A program made the translations under genes and the position numbers. A DNA stretch of 54,935 nucleotides from a virus (Duplodnaviria > Caudoviricetes), in the IMG/VR virus record IMGVR_UViG_3300025353_000003, positions 1 through 54,935 of that record, one strand, 5' to 3'. The stretch's first letter is position 1. Every line of letters starts with the position of its first letter. A model generated the notes under the pieces. It searched no databases, was not told the origin of the DNA, and saw only the letters and a program-made list of their open reading frames with translations. Of this stretch, positions 39,181 to 49,046 are shown piece by piece.

Positions 39181-41129
39181 GATATGATCATTTTACAATG
39201 CTCCCAGAAAGAGCATTTCAAAAGAAACTAACAGGCATATTTGGCTCAGCCCCGACTACTCTAGAAGGTGGTGGAGGTGGCGGTATCATGGCTGCTGTGG
39301 TTATCATTGCCACTGTAGCTGCTGCCGTTATGACAGATGGGGCTTCATTGGCTCTAACTTCAGAATTAGATACTGCGGCATTAGGCACAGAAGGTGCAAT
39401 TGCTGTTGATACAGGTGTTACTGCAACTCAATTGACTGCAGAAGCTTCAGCCTTAACAGCAGATGCAGGTCTATCGGCAGATGCTATTGTGGCTACTTCG
39501 GAGTCAGCACAAGCAGCATCTGATTTGGCAATGGCTAATGAGGCTGCTAATACAGCTATTGCAACTACTCAAGCAGGTGAAGACATGGCGATGGGTCAAG
39601 CTGCGGCAGATGCTGCCTCAATGACAGGTAATGCAGCTCTTGATACCACATTACAAACTGCAGGTACTGGCGCTCTAAAGAGTGCTGGAATGAACACTGC
39701 AAATCAATTACTCACTACTGGTTCTATTGACCCTAATAAAGTGCTTAACGCAGGTGCAACAGGTGCTGTAATGGGCGGTGTAAGTAGTGGATTAACACAG
39801 CTAGGTGGCGTTAACCCTTTAATCGCCAATACTGTTGCAGGTGCTGGAGCTGGCGCTACTGGGGCTTCTTTAAATGGTACAGACGTAGGTAAAGGCGCAT
39901 TGACTGGCGGTGCTGGCGGTGCTGCTTCAGGTGTCGCCAATGTAGCGGGTAAAGAATTAGGTTTAGATCCTACATCGCAAGGTGCTCTATCAGGAGCAAT
40001 TCGTGGCGGTACAATGGCTGCGGTTAATAATGGCAGTGTTGGCACTGGAGCATTAACAGGCGCAGTTGTAGGTGGTGCATCATCAGCTGGTAATCAAATA
40101 GGCACTGGAATACAGAATGCAGCTACTGATAGTACAGGAAACAATAGCCTGCTCGGTCAAGTATTAGGTGGCACTGCAGGTTATGAAGCTAAAAGCTTAA
40201 TGAGTCCAACCTCTACACAACCTGCAGCTCATATGGTTGGAGTACCGACAACAGGTGCATTACCTAGAACATCTGTCACAGGTGCACCTATTGCTTCGCA
40301 ACCTAGTACTGCTACTACTGCAGGTGGCAACACAGGAATGCCTACGTTTGCATCAAGTCATAATAATGTATCAGAAGTTGCACTTCCAGGTGGCGGGGCA
40401 GGGATTCCTGTAGCTTCTTCCCCGAATGCAAGCTTAGGTACAGCATCTAATTTATTTCCAACTTCAGGTCTAAATGCTTCAGGTTTACCTGCTCAATTAA
40501 CCCCTGGAGTTTTAACTTCAAATGCTGTTCCGTCTAGTCAAGATAACACTGCTCAACTTGAACATATTAAGCAACTCTACCCACAACTAGCTAACGTAGA
40601 TCCTAGAATATTAGATTCATTAATATCCAGTCCAGTTACTATGAAAGAAGGTGGTATTGTAAAAATGGCATATGGGGGTTCACCTTCATTTGAATATGCT
40701 CAACAGATGCTTGGAGTACCGCAAGTAAAAGAATCTGCAGCGGAACAAGCTGCATACGGTAATCCTACAGGCGGATATCGCAGATCTTTAGCAGCAACGC
40801 ATTTTATTAATGGGCGAAAAGACGGTGGTGGAATTCATAGTCTGGAATATGGAGCGCATGTTCCTGAATTTGTAACAGGAAAAACTGGACATTATGTGAA
40901 AGGCAAAGGCGATGGGCAATCTGATGATATACCTGCTATGCTGGCTAATGGTGAGTATGTTTTTGATGCTGATACTGTGGCTTCTCTGGGTAATGGTTCA
41001 AGCGATGCTGGATCTAAAGTCCTAGATAAGATGCGTGAAGAAATTAGAAAACATAAGAGATCTGCTTCAGCAAAAGAAATTCCCCCTAAAGCTAAATCTC
41101 CTTTAGAATACATGAAAGGTAAAGCATAA
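39177..41129 (+). CDS. putative internal virion/ejection protein
   Basis: N-terminal hydrophobic segment, G/A-rich glycine zippers, C-terminal GDGQSDDIPAMLANGEYV domain; ATG 39177 overlaps the upstream stop. Confidence 0.65.
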   Translation: MRYDHFTMLPERAFQKKLTGIFGSAPTTLEGGGGGGIMAAVVIIATVAAAVMTDGASLALTSELDTAALGTEGAIAVDTGVTATQLTAEASALTADAGLSADAIVATSESAQAASDLAMANEAANTAIATTQAGEDMAMGQAAADAASMTGNAALDTTLQTAGTGALKSAGMNTANQLLTTGSIDPNKVLNAGATGAVMGGVSSGLTQLGGVNPLIANTVAGAGAGATGASLNGTDVGKGALTGGAGGAASGVANVAGKELGLDPTSQGALSGAIRGGTMAAVNNGSVGTGALTGAVVGGASSAGNQIGTGIQNAATDSTGNNSLLGQVLGGTAGYEAKSLMSPTSTQPAAHMVGVPTTGALPRTSVTGAPIASQPSTATTAGGNTGMPTFASSHNNVSEVALPGGGAGIPVASSPNASLGTASNLFPTSGLNASGLPAQLTPGVLTSNAVPSSQDNTAQLEHIKQLYPQLANVDPRILDSLISSPVTMKEGGIVKMAYGGSPSFEYAQQMLGVPQVKESAAEQAAYGNPTGGYRRSLAATHFINGRKDGGGIHSLEYGAHVPEFVTGKTGHYVKGKGDGQSDDIPAMLANGEYVFDADTVASLGNGSSDAGSKVLDKMREEIRKHKRSASAKEIPPKAKSPLEYMKGKA

Positions 41130-42655
41130 TGGGTGCACTAGCTACCGCAACACCAAATACTACTGGAGTAATGGCTCCAAATATGGGTCAAAATTTAACG
41201 GCTACTGGGGATTCTTCATCTAATTCAGCACAATTACCATCTAATTGGCAATCAAACTATACAGGTTCATTTGCCGATATGCTTGGATGGCAACCTGATA
41301 TTCAACAATATGCGGCTAACAACAGCGCTGGATATACTTTACCGTCTAATTACTCTGCGCCAACTGCACCATCAGGGAATATTTCAGGTGGAACAGGCAC
41401 AGGTGGTTTATCTTCACTAGTAAATTCAGGAAAAGCAAATATGGCTAATACAAACCCACTTTCAATGACGCCAGTAACACCATCAACAGGAGCAATAGCT
41501 CCGAATCTAGGTGTCACTGCAGGTTCTGCTCCTGGAGCTGGAGGTATGACGCAAGGTACAGCTCTACCGAATATTACCACCACTCAAATGCAAGCTACGG
41601 CTACTCCGCAGTTCTATACTGATTATTTAAATCAAATAGCCCAGCAAGGCGGTGCAGCTGCAAAGAATGCTCAGTATGTTGGTGCTACTGATTTGCAGAA
41701 TCAAGCCTTCGGTAATGTTCAAGGTAATGTGGGTAATTACCAACCTGCGCTTACCAATGCTACTAATCTAGCTTCTAGCGTTGGTGGTACTAGTCTAGCT
41801 GATGCTATTGGTAATTATGGGCATTCTAATATTGCTGCCAATTTAGCTCCTCAAACCACAGCTGGTATTGTAGGTTCAGGTCAATTTGGTTCAAGTCGCG
41901 GTGCTGCAGCTTTAGGTCAAGTGATGGCTAATGCTGACCTCGGTATCACTCAACAACAACAAACAGCCTTGCAACAAGACCAAGCCAATAAGATAGCTGC
42001 TGCTAATAGTCTTGGTAATTTAGCAACTACCACTCAGAATCTTGGATTAGGTGATACTAACGCTCTTGCCACACTCGGTGCTCAAAAACAGACTATTGGT
42101 CAGAATGCTGAATTGTTCCCAATGTCTCAATTAGCATCTGAGTCCAATCTACTTAAAGGCGCTACAATACCTACAGCTACAAGTTCAAGCTATACTGGTC
42201 CAATTCCTGGAGCTTACAACAACTCTCCACTATCTCAGATTGCAGGTGTTGGTGCTACATTAGCTGGAACTGGTCTAGGTCAAACATTGTTTGGTTCACC
42301 TGCTACTGGTGGTCAACCTGCAACTTCTGGAGCTTTAGGTAGCATGGTAAATGCAGCTAAAAATTATATTGGATCATTAGGCGGTGCATCTGGTTCAGGT
42401 ATAACTATGGATTCTAGTGGAAATGCAGTTCCTGGCTCTTATCCATTGAGCGATGGAGGAACTATAACAGTCAATAATGATGGTAGTCAGTCTATTAAAG
42501 CTGCGGATGGGACTGTTCAGAACTTTGATGCGAGTGGTCAACCATATATTGGAGCAACAGACAGTGGTAATCCAGCTCCTGTAATTGAGCCGTCATACCC
42601 AACAACTGACACTGGTGCAATTGATTATAGCGGTACGAATTGGGGAGGAGGTTAA
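41129..42655 (+). CDS. putative ejection/DNA-transfer protein
   Basis: 508 aa, Q/N/A/G-rich; SGQFGSSRG motif; P22 gp7/gp20-like position. Confidence 0.6.
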   Translation: MGALATATPNTTGVMAPNMGQNLTATGDSSSNSAQLPSNWQSNYTGSFADMLGWQPDIQQYAANNSAGYTLPSNYSAPTAPSGNISGGTGTGGLSSLVNSGKANMANTNPLSMTPVTPSTGAIAPNLGVTAGSAPGAGGMTQGTALPNITTTQMQATATPQFYTDYLNQIAQQGGAAAKNAQYVGATDLQNQAFGNVQGNVGNYQPALTNATNLASSVGGTSLADAIGNYGHSNIAANLAPQTTAGIVGSGQFGSSRGAAALGQVMANADLGITQQQQTALQQDQANKIAAANSLGNLATTTQNLGLGDTNALATLGAQKQTIGQNAELFPMSQLASESNLLKGATIPTATSSSYTGPIPGAYNNSPLSQIAGVGATLAGTGLGQTLFGSPATGGQPATSGALGSMVNAAKNYIGSLGGASGSGITMDSSGNAVPGSYPLSDGGTITVNNDGSQSIKAADGTVQNFDASGQPYIGATDSGNPAPVIEPSYPTTDTGAIDYSGTNWGGG

Positions 42656-42657
42656 TC

Positions 42658-44387
42658 ATGGCAGCTACATTAGGGGCATTACCCACAGCTCCAGCGGGAA
42701 TTGGTACAGACCCAACTGCCCAACAGGAATATCTTGATGCATTAACTAAAGTCGCTGATTCTCTAGAGAACAGAGGCGGTACAAACTACTTTAACGTAGC
42801 AGCAGGTTTTCTAAAACCTACTCGTTCAGGCTCATTTGGTGAATCAGCTGGTAATGCAGCAGAAGCTGTAGGTAAAGACATTGAACGTGAGAAAGAACTT
42901 GCTCCTAGCCTCGCTATGATGCGTGCTCAGATTTCTGGTCAAAAATATACTATGCAGAATGATGCTAAGGCTTTAAATTTATTGAGTTCTACCCTGGGAG
43001 TTGAACCTACTGAAGTACCGAATGCTTTAAGTAATGGTAATCTTAATTCGAGCCAAACCTCTAAGTTACAGCAAATCTACCCATTAGTAGCTTCTCTATC
43101 TCCAGCTCGTGGTGAGATGGTTAAGAACATGGTGGAAATGGCTAATAATTCTACTAAGGCAGGTGCAGAGGCATCTAATGCTGAGATCACTCGTCAAAGT
43201 TCGGTGCTGAATATAATCCTAATTTTGAGATTCAAGGTAATACGGCAGTTCCTGTTTTACCTACGTTTAAACCACCTGTTGCTAATGGAACAATCTCAAG
43301 TCCATTTGGAGAACGTAAAAACCCATTTGACCAGACAAAGACTGAATTTCATAACGGCATTGATTTTGCTGCTGCAGCTAATTCACCTGTTGAAGCAGTG
43401 ATTCCTGGTACAGTTTCAAAAATTGAGAAATCACCTGATGGATATGGTAACCGAGTATTAGTTCAACATGCTAATGGTACTAGCTCTTATTATGCTCATT
43501 TGAATGATATTAATGTCAAAGAGGGTGATGCTCTAACTCCTGGACAAACTGTAGGTACTGTCGGTTCTACGGGTAAATCTACAGGCGCACATGTTGAGTT
43601 TGGAGTTCTGGATAAAACTGGTAACCCTATTGATGCCAACTCTTTATTTGCTAAGCCTACGGAAACTTCTACTACTAACACTTCTGCTAGACTACCAGGA
43701 GAAACATATGTGATGTGGAAAGAAAGAGTCGGAGAAGAGCGTAAAGCTGATATAGCTGTAACTCAAAAAGCTAGAGAAGAACGTAGTAAACAGCCCCAAA
43801 TCCAAGCTGATGAAATCAATGCTTTAGGCAATTACAAATCAGTTAGTTATAATAGTAATCAACTGGGTCAATTAAGCTCACTCGTTGCTAAAAACAGAGA
43901 TGTTATGGATCTGATGAATAAAAATGGTATATTCTCAGTAGTTGGAGCTTTAGTTCAAAATGGAGTTAGTACTCCTTGGGGGGCTATTAGTGCTGATGTG
44001 AACTCTGCAATCCAAAAAACTTTACCCCTTGAAAAACAAGCCGTTGCTCGTCAAATCTCTCAGTTGATATATGAACAAAATCAAATGGTCATGAAGGCTG
44101 GTAAAAGCATTTATGGTCCTCAAATTAGTAATGCTGATGCAGTGCTTATGGCTAAGCCTGGATTTAACCCTGAGGATCCTTCTAAGTATATTATGAACAT
44201 GGCCACAAAGATGAGTCTTGTTAATAAATATAATGGTATAGTTTCAGATAAGATGGATGATTGGATGCATAACAATCCAAAACTTCCTACTCGTGACTTT
44301 TTCAGATCTACTGACTATAGAAATGCTGTAGATGAATTTAATATTATGCATAAAAACTTACTTCAGGGGCTAAATTATGGCGGATAA
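42658..44387 (+). pseudogene. ejection protein with M23 peptidase domain, interrupted by a -1 frameshift near 43195
   Basis: The -1 frame opens after TGA 43182-43184 and reads KFGAEY...ISSPFGER...FHNGIDF into ORF 43398..44387 (YGN, YAHL, GSTGKSTGAHVEF): complete M23 HxxxD plus HxE/HxH-type motifs. Confidence 0.75.
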
Positions 44388-45510
44388 TCCAATCATCTCT
44401 GATGAAGAAGCACAAGCTAGACTCAAGGATATGTTCCCTGAGGCTTACGCTCTCAATGCAGAAGAACCTAAATCTTCAGTAACTGTAGAAAGTGCCCCTG
44501 CATTTGGTCCTTGGAGTGCTGGAGCTACTGGCGCTGCACTCGGTACAGCTTTAGGTAAAACAGGTGTTACAGCATTACCTAATGAGCCTAATACTTCAGG
44601 TAGATTTAAAACTGCTAATATTCGCTCTACAGTATTAAATGAATCTGCAGATAGAGCGTTAAATGAGTTAGAAAATTTAAAAACAGCACATGCGGGGACT
44701 GTTGACACTGCGTTTGCTTCGCATTTGAATGCTCAAGCTGAATTAGAAAATGCATTGAAAGCCAAATTAGAGGCTCAAGCTTTACATAATGATATTATGC
44801 CTAGTAGTTCTTTAGGTAAAGAGATTCCAGTTGATACCGCTGGTGCAAAGTGGGGTGATAAGATTAACCTAGCAGGTACTCCCGCTGTAGCTGATGTAAG
44901 AGGGGCTGCAATTCTAGGTAATCAGGCTCGTGATTTACCACCGAGCGTAGCTGAAAAGTTTAATCTAACTAATCTTACAAACCGACAGGGTCAAGGTATA
45001 TTGGTACCTAATACTGTTGATACTAATTATTTGACTCCTGCTCAACAATCAGCTAAAGAGGCTTTAGCATCTGCAGAAGCAAGACATGCCAAGGCTGTTG
45101 AGAATGCTGCTAAAGCTCAATATGAATTAGAGAAATTAAGAAGTTCAATTTCTAAACCTGTCGCAATGGCACAGCGAGCTTTCAATAGTGTAAATGAGAG
45201 AGCTACACAAGCTGCAAGAGCTGCAGAAGAACTCGCTCCTGAGGCTACTAACATCGCTAAACAAGCGGGTAAATTTGTAGGTAAACTTCCAATAATCAAT
45301 ACTGTTGCAGGTGGTTTAGGTGGTTATCAAACCATGCAAGGTGTTGAAAACTGGAATAAGGGCAACAAGTTAGAAGGCGCTATGGATGTTATGGGTGGCG
45401 TGGGTGGGGGATTAATGCTCTATCCGCATCCTTATGCAAAAGCTGCTGGGGCTGTACTATCTGCCCCACCTTTAGCCTATGAAGCCTATAAACTAATTAC
45501 TGAAAAATAA
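44377..45510 (+). CDS. putative ejection protein (Ala-rich coiled coil, C-terminal glycine zippers)
   Basis: 377 aa; last gene of the + strand block. Confidence 0.55.
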   Translation: MADNPIISDEEAQARLKDMFPEAYALNAEEPKSSVTVESAPAFGPWSAGATGAALGTALGKTGVTALPNEPNTSGRFKTANIRSTVLNESADRALNELENLKTAHAGTVDTAFASHLNAQAELENALKAKLEAQALHNDIMPSSSLGKEIPVDTAGAKWGDKINLAGTPAVADVRGAAILGNQARDLPPSVAEKFNLTNLTNRQGQGILVPNTVDTNYLTPAQQSAKEALASAEARHAKAVENAAKAQYELEKLRSSISKPVAMAQRAFNSVNERATQAARAAEELAPEATNIAKQAGKFVGKLPIINTVAGGLGGYQTMQGVENWNKGNKLEGAMDVMGGVGGGLMLYPHPYAKAAGAVLSAPPLAYEAYKLITEK

Positions 45511-45511
45511 G

Positions 45512-45718
45512 CTAACCTATACGAACTACCTTAGCTCTACGGAGTATTGTTTCATATTCTATCTTTGCTTTATCATCCAATTTACGCAGAGGTAGTTCTT
45601 GATAATACTTGTATTTAGCTTGATATGCGGGTAGCTCTGATGGGCGAACCCATCCATATTGCTTAATCCAGCGTTCTTCAATATTAGTACCGCTTGCTGT
45701 CCATATATGTTCATTCAT
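45512..45718 (-). CDS. hypothetical protein
   Basis: MNEHIWTASGT... ATG 45718 overlaps the upstream stop; converges on the + strand block. Confidence 0.65.
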   Translation of the reverse strand: MNEHIWTASGTNIEERWIKQYGWVRPSELPAYQAKYKYYQELPLRKLDDKAKIEYETILRRAKVVRIG

Positions 45719-46076
45719 CTTTAGTTTCCTTTTTAGGGCTGAATTGTTCATGCCAATCCTCTAGAATCTGAAGCAAATGTTTTCTAAAGTTTTGGCGGGT
45801 TACAAACTCACTAGGCTGATACATGTTTATAAAACGCTGTAGCGGATCAAATACTCCTTGAAAATCATCCTTAGGTTCAGGTAATATATCAGTTGGATCT
45901 TTTGAAGCTGGTGTAATTATACCGTAAATTTGATCTGTCATTGGGGCATCTTTGCCCATCATGATTAGATCTTCTATTTCTTTAGCTGTTATTACTTTTT
46001 TAACTTCTACCAATTTAGGTGTTTTAGTTTCTACTTTTTCAATTGCTTTTGCAGGTTCTGGTTTTTTAGTTGCCAT
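45711..46076 (-). CDS. hypothetical protein
   Basis: 121-aa ORF with GGAG RBS. Confidence 0.7.
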   Translation of the reverse strand: MATKKPEPAKAIEKVETKTPKLVEVKKVITAKEIEDLIMMGKDAPMTDQIYGIITPASKDPTDILPEPKDDFQGVFDPLQRFINMYQPSEFVTRQNFRKHLLQILEDWHEQFSPKKETKDE

Positions 46077-46263
46077 CGTTTCTACTCTCCCATTTTCTAT
46101 AAGTTGGATGTTTATGTTCCCACCATCTATGCGGTTTATACCGACCCATTTTTAGTGTTAATCTAAGAAAGCTAAACCGAGATTGAATAGCAGAGCGAGA
46201 CTGCCTTCTACGAACTTCCATAGGGCTTTTACTCCTACGCGGTATTAGCTCTCTTGTTATCAT
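46066..46263 (-). CDS. small basic hypothetical protein
   Basis: 65-aa Arg-rich ORF; ATGA coupling with the RuvC-like gene. Confidence 0.55.
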   Translation of the reverse strand: MITRELIPRRSKSPMEVRRRQSRSAIQSRFSFLRLTLKMGRYKPHRWWEHKHPTYRKWESRNDGN

Positions 46264-46745
46264 TTACTTGTCTTCAATAAATATAATGCTAACAATGCTG
46301 ATTCAGCACGACCATCATCCTTTTTACGTTTAAATAGATCAGATTTAGATGGCCAAGTTCTCATAGCCATCTCCCGTGCACCATCTTTACTTGAATTCAC
46401 TCCCATAATCTTTTTCCACACTGCTGGGGTTACAAGCTTGTAGGGCATATCTACCCCTGCTAAAACCCCCTCTAAAATACCTAGAGAACGACCGAATGAA
46501 AACATACTTGTAACACCCTGTCCTGGCATTGCATTTACTTGTTCAATAATACCTTCTATTGATTGAGTCTTAAAGAGCCTTAATTCAGCCACAATACTTT
46601 GAGGATTTACTCTCTGTTTTATTGATTTACCAGAAGTATAAGAAAGAGTGGGCATGTCAAATACCTGCACAATTGCCCCACCTTTATCTAATACTGAAAA
46701 TGCTCCGCTGATTCCTGGATCAATACCTAAATAAAAATCACTCAT
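46260..46745 (-). CDS. RuvC-like Holliday junction resolvase
   Basis: LGIDPGISGA, IIEQVNAMPGQGVTSMFSFG, VTPAVWKK, DDGRAESALLA; ATG 46745. Confidence 0.85.
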   Translation of the reverse strand: MSDFYLGIDPGISGAFSVLDKGGAIVQVFDMPTLSYTSGKSIKQRVNPQSIVAELRLFKTQSIEGIIEQVNAMPGQGVTSMFSFGRSLGILEGVLAGVDMPYKLVTPAVWKKIMGVNSSKDGAREMAMRTWPSKSDLFKRKKDDGRAESALLALYLLKTSK

Positions 46746-47605
46746 TATTTTCCTCTTTGTAAATGGTTCACACAACCTAATAGCTGTGCATTTAAAGTTA
46801 ATTCTGAATCATGCTGTTCACAATACCATTTACCGTCTTCAATAGGTTTAGAATATTCGCATGTGCGGCAATTCATCAATGGCTCTTTTTGATTATAACA
46901 GACTTCTTTAAAATCACACCATCTACAAGGAAATACCTCAATATTTTCACCAATACCTGCGGGACGCAGTTCAGCTGCTAGTAGAACCTTAATACGTTTT
47001 AAAATTTCATTTTGAATGTGGATGTCTGGCTTGATACGTCTAACGTAGTATCGCTCATCGTTCTTATTTAGGGCAATATAAAGCCCTCGTTCTATGCCAC
47101 TGAATAGCATACCCGCTTGAACTTGATAATAATGCATTGGCTTGGATAAGGCAACACCTTTCTTTTCTAAATCTTTAAAAGAATTATCATTATGAGTCTT
47201 TGCCTCAAGAACATGAGGTGTATTTTCAGCTCCAGGTACACCCTTTATAACCCCATCTATTTTTACTACAAAATGTCCAGTGTCATCAGTGAAAGTAAAT
47301 TGATTATCATTTGAATCAATATCATGCACTGTAAAGCCTGCAAGCCTCAAATCAGCTATTATTCTAGTCTCTTGCAGGTGTCCTGTTTCAAATAGACGAA
47401 GCATTCTGCCGTCAAATTCAAAATTATCATATCCACGCCAACTCATCCATATTTTACGAATACATTCTTCACCAATGCTAGATGCACCTAACCTAGACAA
47501 CCGCATTGTCTCAGCTTTACTCTCTTTTATAGCGGTATACACTGCAGACACCATTTCATCCTCCTGTGCGGGGATCATAATTGGTGCTGGTTTCTTTATT
47601 GCCAT
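46745..47605 (-). CDS. PD-(D/E)xK (Cas4-like/RecB-like) exonuclease
   Basis: LGASSIGEECIRK, KIDG, LEAKT, YYQVQ, C-terminal CRWCDFKEVC and CRTC. Confidence 0.85.
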   Translation of the reverse strand: MAIKKPAPIMIPAQEDEMVSAVYTAIKESKAETMRLSRLGASSIGEECIRKIWMSWRGYDNFEFDGRMLRLFETGHLQETRIIADLRLAGFTVHDIDSNDNQFTFTDDTGHFVVKIDGVIKGVPGAENTPHVLEAKTHNDNSFKDLEKKGVALSKPMHYYQVQAGMLFSGIERGLYIALNKNDERYYVRRIKPDIHIQNEILKRIKVLLAAELRPAGIGENIEVFPCRWCDFKEVCYNQKEPLMNCRTCEYSKPIEDGKWYCEQHDSELTLNAQLLGCVNHLQRGK

Positions 47606-47622
47606 GCTATTTCCTTTATTTA

Positions 47623-47770
47623 GGTGGGGCTACTCGCTGCACACTCCAGTGTTATCCGTGATTAACACTTTAATGCATCCGCTTTTGCCCCATAGTTGGT
47701 GGGGTTACTCAGTCTTTTTAGTCGTTCGTCTTAGAGTACTTGAGCTGAATAGTGTCAGGGTAACCCCATA
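47623..47770 (-). ncRNA. two tandem GGGG..CCCC-closed structured RNA-like elements
   Basis: On the - strand both read TATGGGG...GAGTA(A/G)CCCCACC with internal hairpins; intergenic between SSB and exonuclease. Confidence 0.5.
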
Positions 47771-47775
47771 AGCCG

Positions 47776-48276
47776 TTAATCCCAAGGATTCTTTTTCTTA
47801 CCTTCTTTAGGTGTATTCTTTGGGATATCTTCTTCTAAATCAACAATAGCATCTTTCTTTGGAGCTACTTTTGGAGCTATATCTCCTTTTGAAGCATAAC
47901 CAATGATGCGGTTTTTATCAGAATAACCCTCAGTACCTTTTTCAATATCAAGGACTGCTGTGAATTGGCGCTCAAGCAATTCATCAACAGAGTTAGCATT
48001 TGGCTTACCGCATGCGCGTGCCCAAGCTGAAACCTGCTCACGACCAATCTTTTGAGCCTTTTCTGAATCATTATGAATATTAAAATTGTTCCAGATCTTA
48101 CGACCCGCAGCTTTGCCAGAGACCACTTCAAAAGTAGCAGCGATCATTTGACCACCTTTCTTTGTTGTTTTCTCTTCAGCCTCGGTACATTTTAATTCAT
48201 AGTCACCTTTTGGTAAAGGTTCAAAATTGCGATCTTCTACTACGTAGTCATTTAAATCAAATCCGAATTTAGACAT
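47776..48276 (-). CDS. DUF669-family single-stranded DNA-binding protein
   Basis: FEPLPKGDY...GRKIWNNFN...KNRI, C-terminal KKNPWD. Confidence 0.8.
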   Translation of the reverse strand: MSKFGFDLNDYVVEDRNFEPLPKGDYELKCTEAEEKTTKKGGQMIAATFEVVSGKAAGRKIWNNFNIHNDSEKAQKIGREQVSAWARACGKPNANSVDELLERQFTAVLDIEKGTEGYSDKNRIIGYASKGDIAPKVAPKKDAIVDLEEDIPKNTPKEGKKKNPWD

Positions 48277-48295
48277 TTAATGCTCCTTTAGGTTA

Positions 48296-49033
48296 TTAAG
48301 ATATTACAGGGATATTTTTAGAGATTTCCTCAATGGTCATCTCAAAAGAGTCAGGACATGCATAACGATTCTTTGCAATATACGCTGGACTTTCTGTTAC
48401 ATGTAAAAGACGTTCACCAGTTGTAACTCCACGATTTACAGTGTTGTTAAAACCTACATCAGCTTTTTTGACAATCACTTTAAAACCAGCATATGCAATA
48501 ACGTCACACCATTCCTGTAACAAAGCGTTGCATCTGTTAGGTAACTTAGGTGTAAAGCGATCATATGGCTCAGTTAGTGGATTCTCATAACGCACTACGT
48601 TAGCATGTGCAAGTAGAACAATGTTCATACCACGCTTACGACGTAAAGCATCTAATCCCTGAAGAATCTCACGGAAAGCCTCAGCTACGTAAACCTGATT
48701 TTTACCATACCCTAGATCTTTAGCATCGTACGAGGCTTCAATATCTTTAGATATTAAAGGCTCAACAAGCCAATCTACCGAGTCGATAACGAGGGTTTTA
48801 AACTTATGATCTTCTTTTAGAAGAGTCTTGATGTTATCAACGACGTTATTTACTTCAGAAGCTCTGGGGAATGATACTACATCCAATGAATCTAACCCAT
48901 CTTCTGTATTGATGAAAATTGGAGATGGAAATTGAGATGCAATCGTACTCTTTCCAATACCATGATTCCCATAAATACATATACGAGGGGGAAGTTCCTG
49001 CTTACCTTTTATCAAGGCATCCATAAAACTCAT
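48296..49033 (-). CDS. Sak4-like / AAA_24 ssDNA-annealing ATPase
   Basis: IYGNHGIGKST, TLVIDSVDWL, IVLLAH, AKNRY. Confidence 0.85.
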   Translation of the reverse strand: MSFMDALIKGKQELPPRICIYGNHGIGKSTIASQFPSPIFINTEDGLDSLDVVSFPRASEVNNVVDNIKTLLKEDHKFKTLVIDSVDWLVEPLISKDIEASYDAKDLGYGKNQVYVAEAFREILQGLDALRRKRGMNIVLLAHANVVRYENPLTEPYDRFTPKLPNRCNALLQEWCDVIAYAGFKVIVKKADVGFNNTVNRGVTTGERLLHVTESPAYIAKNRYACPDSFEMTIEEISKNIPVIS

Positions 49034-49046
49034 ATTATTTCCTTTA

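Noticed and set aside
39177-41129. Tape measure protein of a long-tailed phage
   Set aside because: No major tail tube, tail chaperone, Dit/Tal or sheath genes recognised; context is adaptor-nozzle-ejection cluster
46745-47605. Cas4 as part of a CRISPR system
   Set aside because: Sits in a standard phage recombination cluster with Sak4-like, SSB and RuvC-like genes; no other cas genes
47623-47770. tRNA, hammerhead ribozyme or ordinary terminators
   Set aside because: No TTCRA T-loop or cloverleaf, no CUGAUGA/GAAA core, and no U-tract after the stems
47475-47771. + strand 98-aa ORF
   Set aside because: Antisense to the exonuclease gene and to the structured intergenic region; no motif or RBS support
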